From Chrysomallon squamiferum (taxonomy: Eukaryota; Animalia; Mollusca), in contig CM022665.1 of the NCBI GenBank assembly GCA_012295275.1, positions 30,256,001-30,320,000 of the forward strand: 64,000 nt of DNA. The letters are read 5' to 3'. Position numbers and translations under genes: made by a program. The notes below the pieces were generated by a model that saw only the letters and a program-made list of their open reading frames with translations, was not told the origin of the DNA and did not search any database. Positions 63,753-64,000 of this stretch are shown here, one piece after another. Numbering within the stretch: position 1 is the first letter of the stretch; each line of letters starts with the position of its first letter.

Positions 63753-64000
63753 CTGTTTTAGATATTAACAGGATGTATGTGGTTTATAGAAAATAAAACC
63801 TCTGTGAAATGGTTTGTCTGTTTTATGGTGGTGTATCCTGAACAATCGAAATGAAATTTATTGTTCCTTACAAAGTGAAAGAAACCAAAAATTTGGACTG
63901 AATATAAATAGATCAATTTTTTTCAAACAGGTTTCGTGTTTGTTATGTATTTTTTCTACGCAGTGTAGCAAACATGTTGTTAAGAGTGCACATTTTTACA

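Overview
Very AT-rich, intron-rich animal genomic DNA, not prokaryotic. The microsatellite style, gene-body CpG depletion and L1/Tx1 relic suggest a marine invertebrate, probably a mollusc or other lophotrochozoan (inference). The window holds: (1) a complete 36-exon minus-strand MAPKBP1/WDR62-family gene (ATG 49115, stop 120; 5898 nt CDS, 1965 aa), assembled by hand with every junction GT-AG and phase-consistent; (2) a complete 5-exon plus-strand EAPP gene (50598-54802, 281 aa), head-to-head with it across a 1.48 kb CpG-rich intergenic region; (3) a decayed L1/Tx1-type LINE in EAPP intron 2; (4) the probable last coding exon of an unidentified minus-strand gene at 63645-63752; (5) a 68-bp minisatellite, many microsatellites and a DNA-transposon end. 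I found no tRNA, rRNA or CRISPR array and no clearly new multi-gene system. The best leads are regulatory: a recurring AGAGTTACTCCCCTT-like motif at the edges of CpG-retaining patches, a CpG-rich frame-symmetric exon with a MAPK docking-like motif, a CDE/CHR plus CCAAT promoter, and two intronic hairpins.
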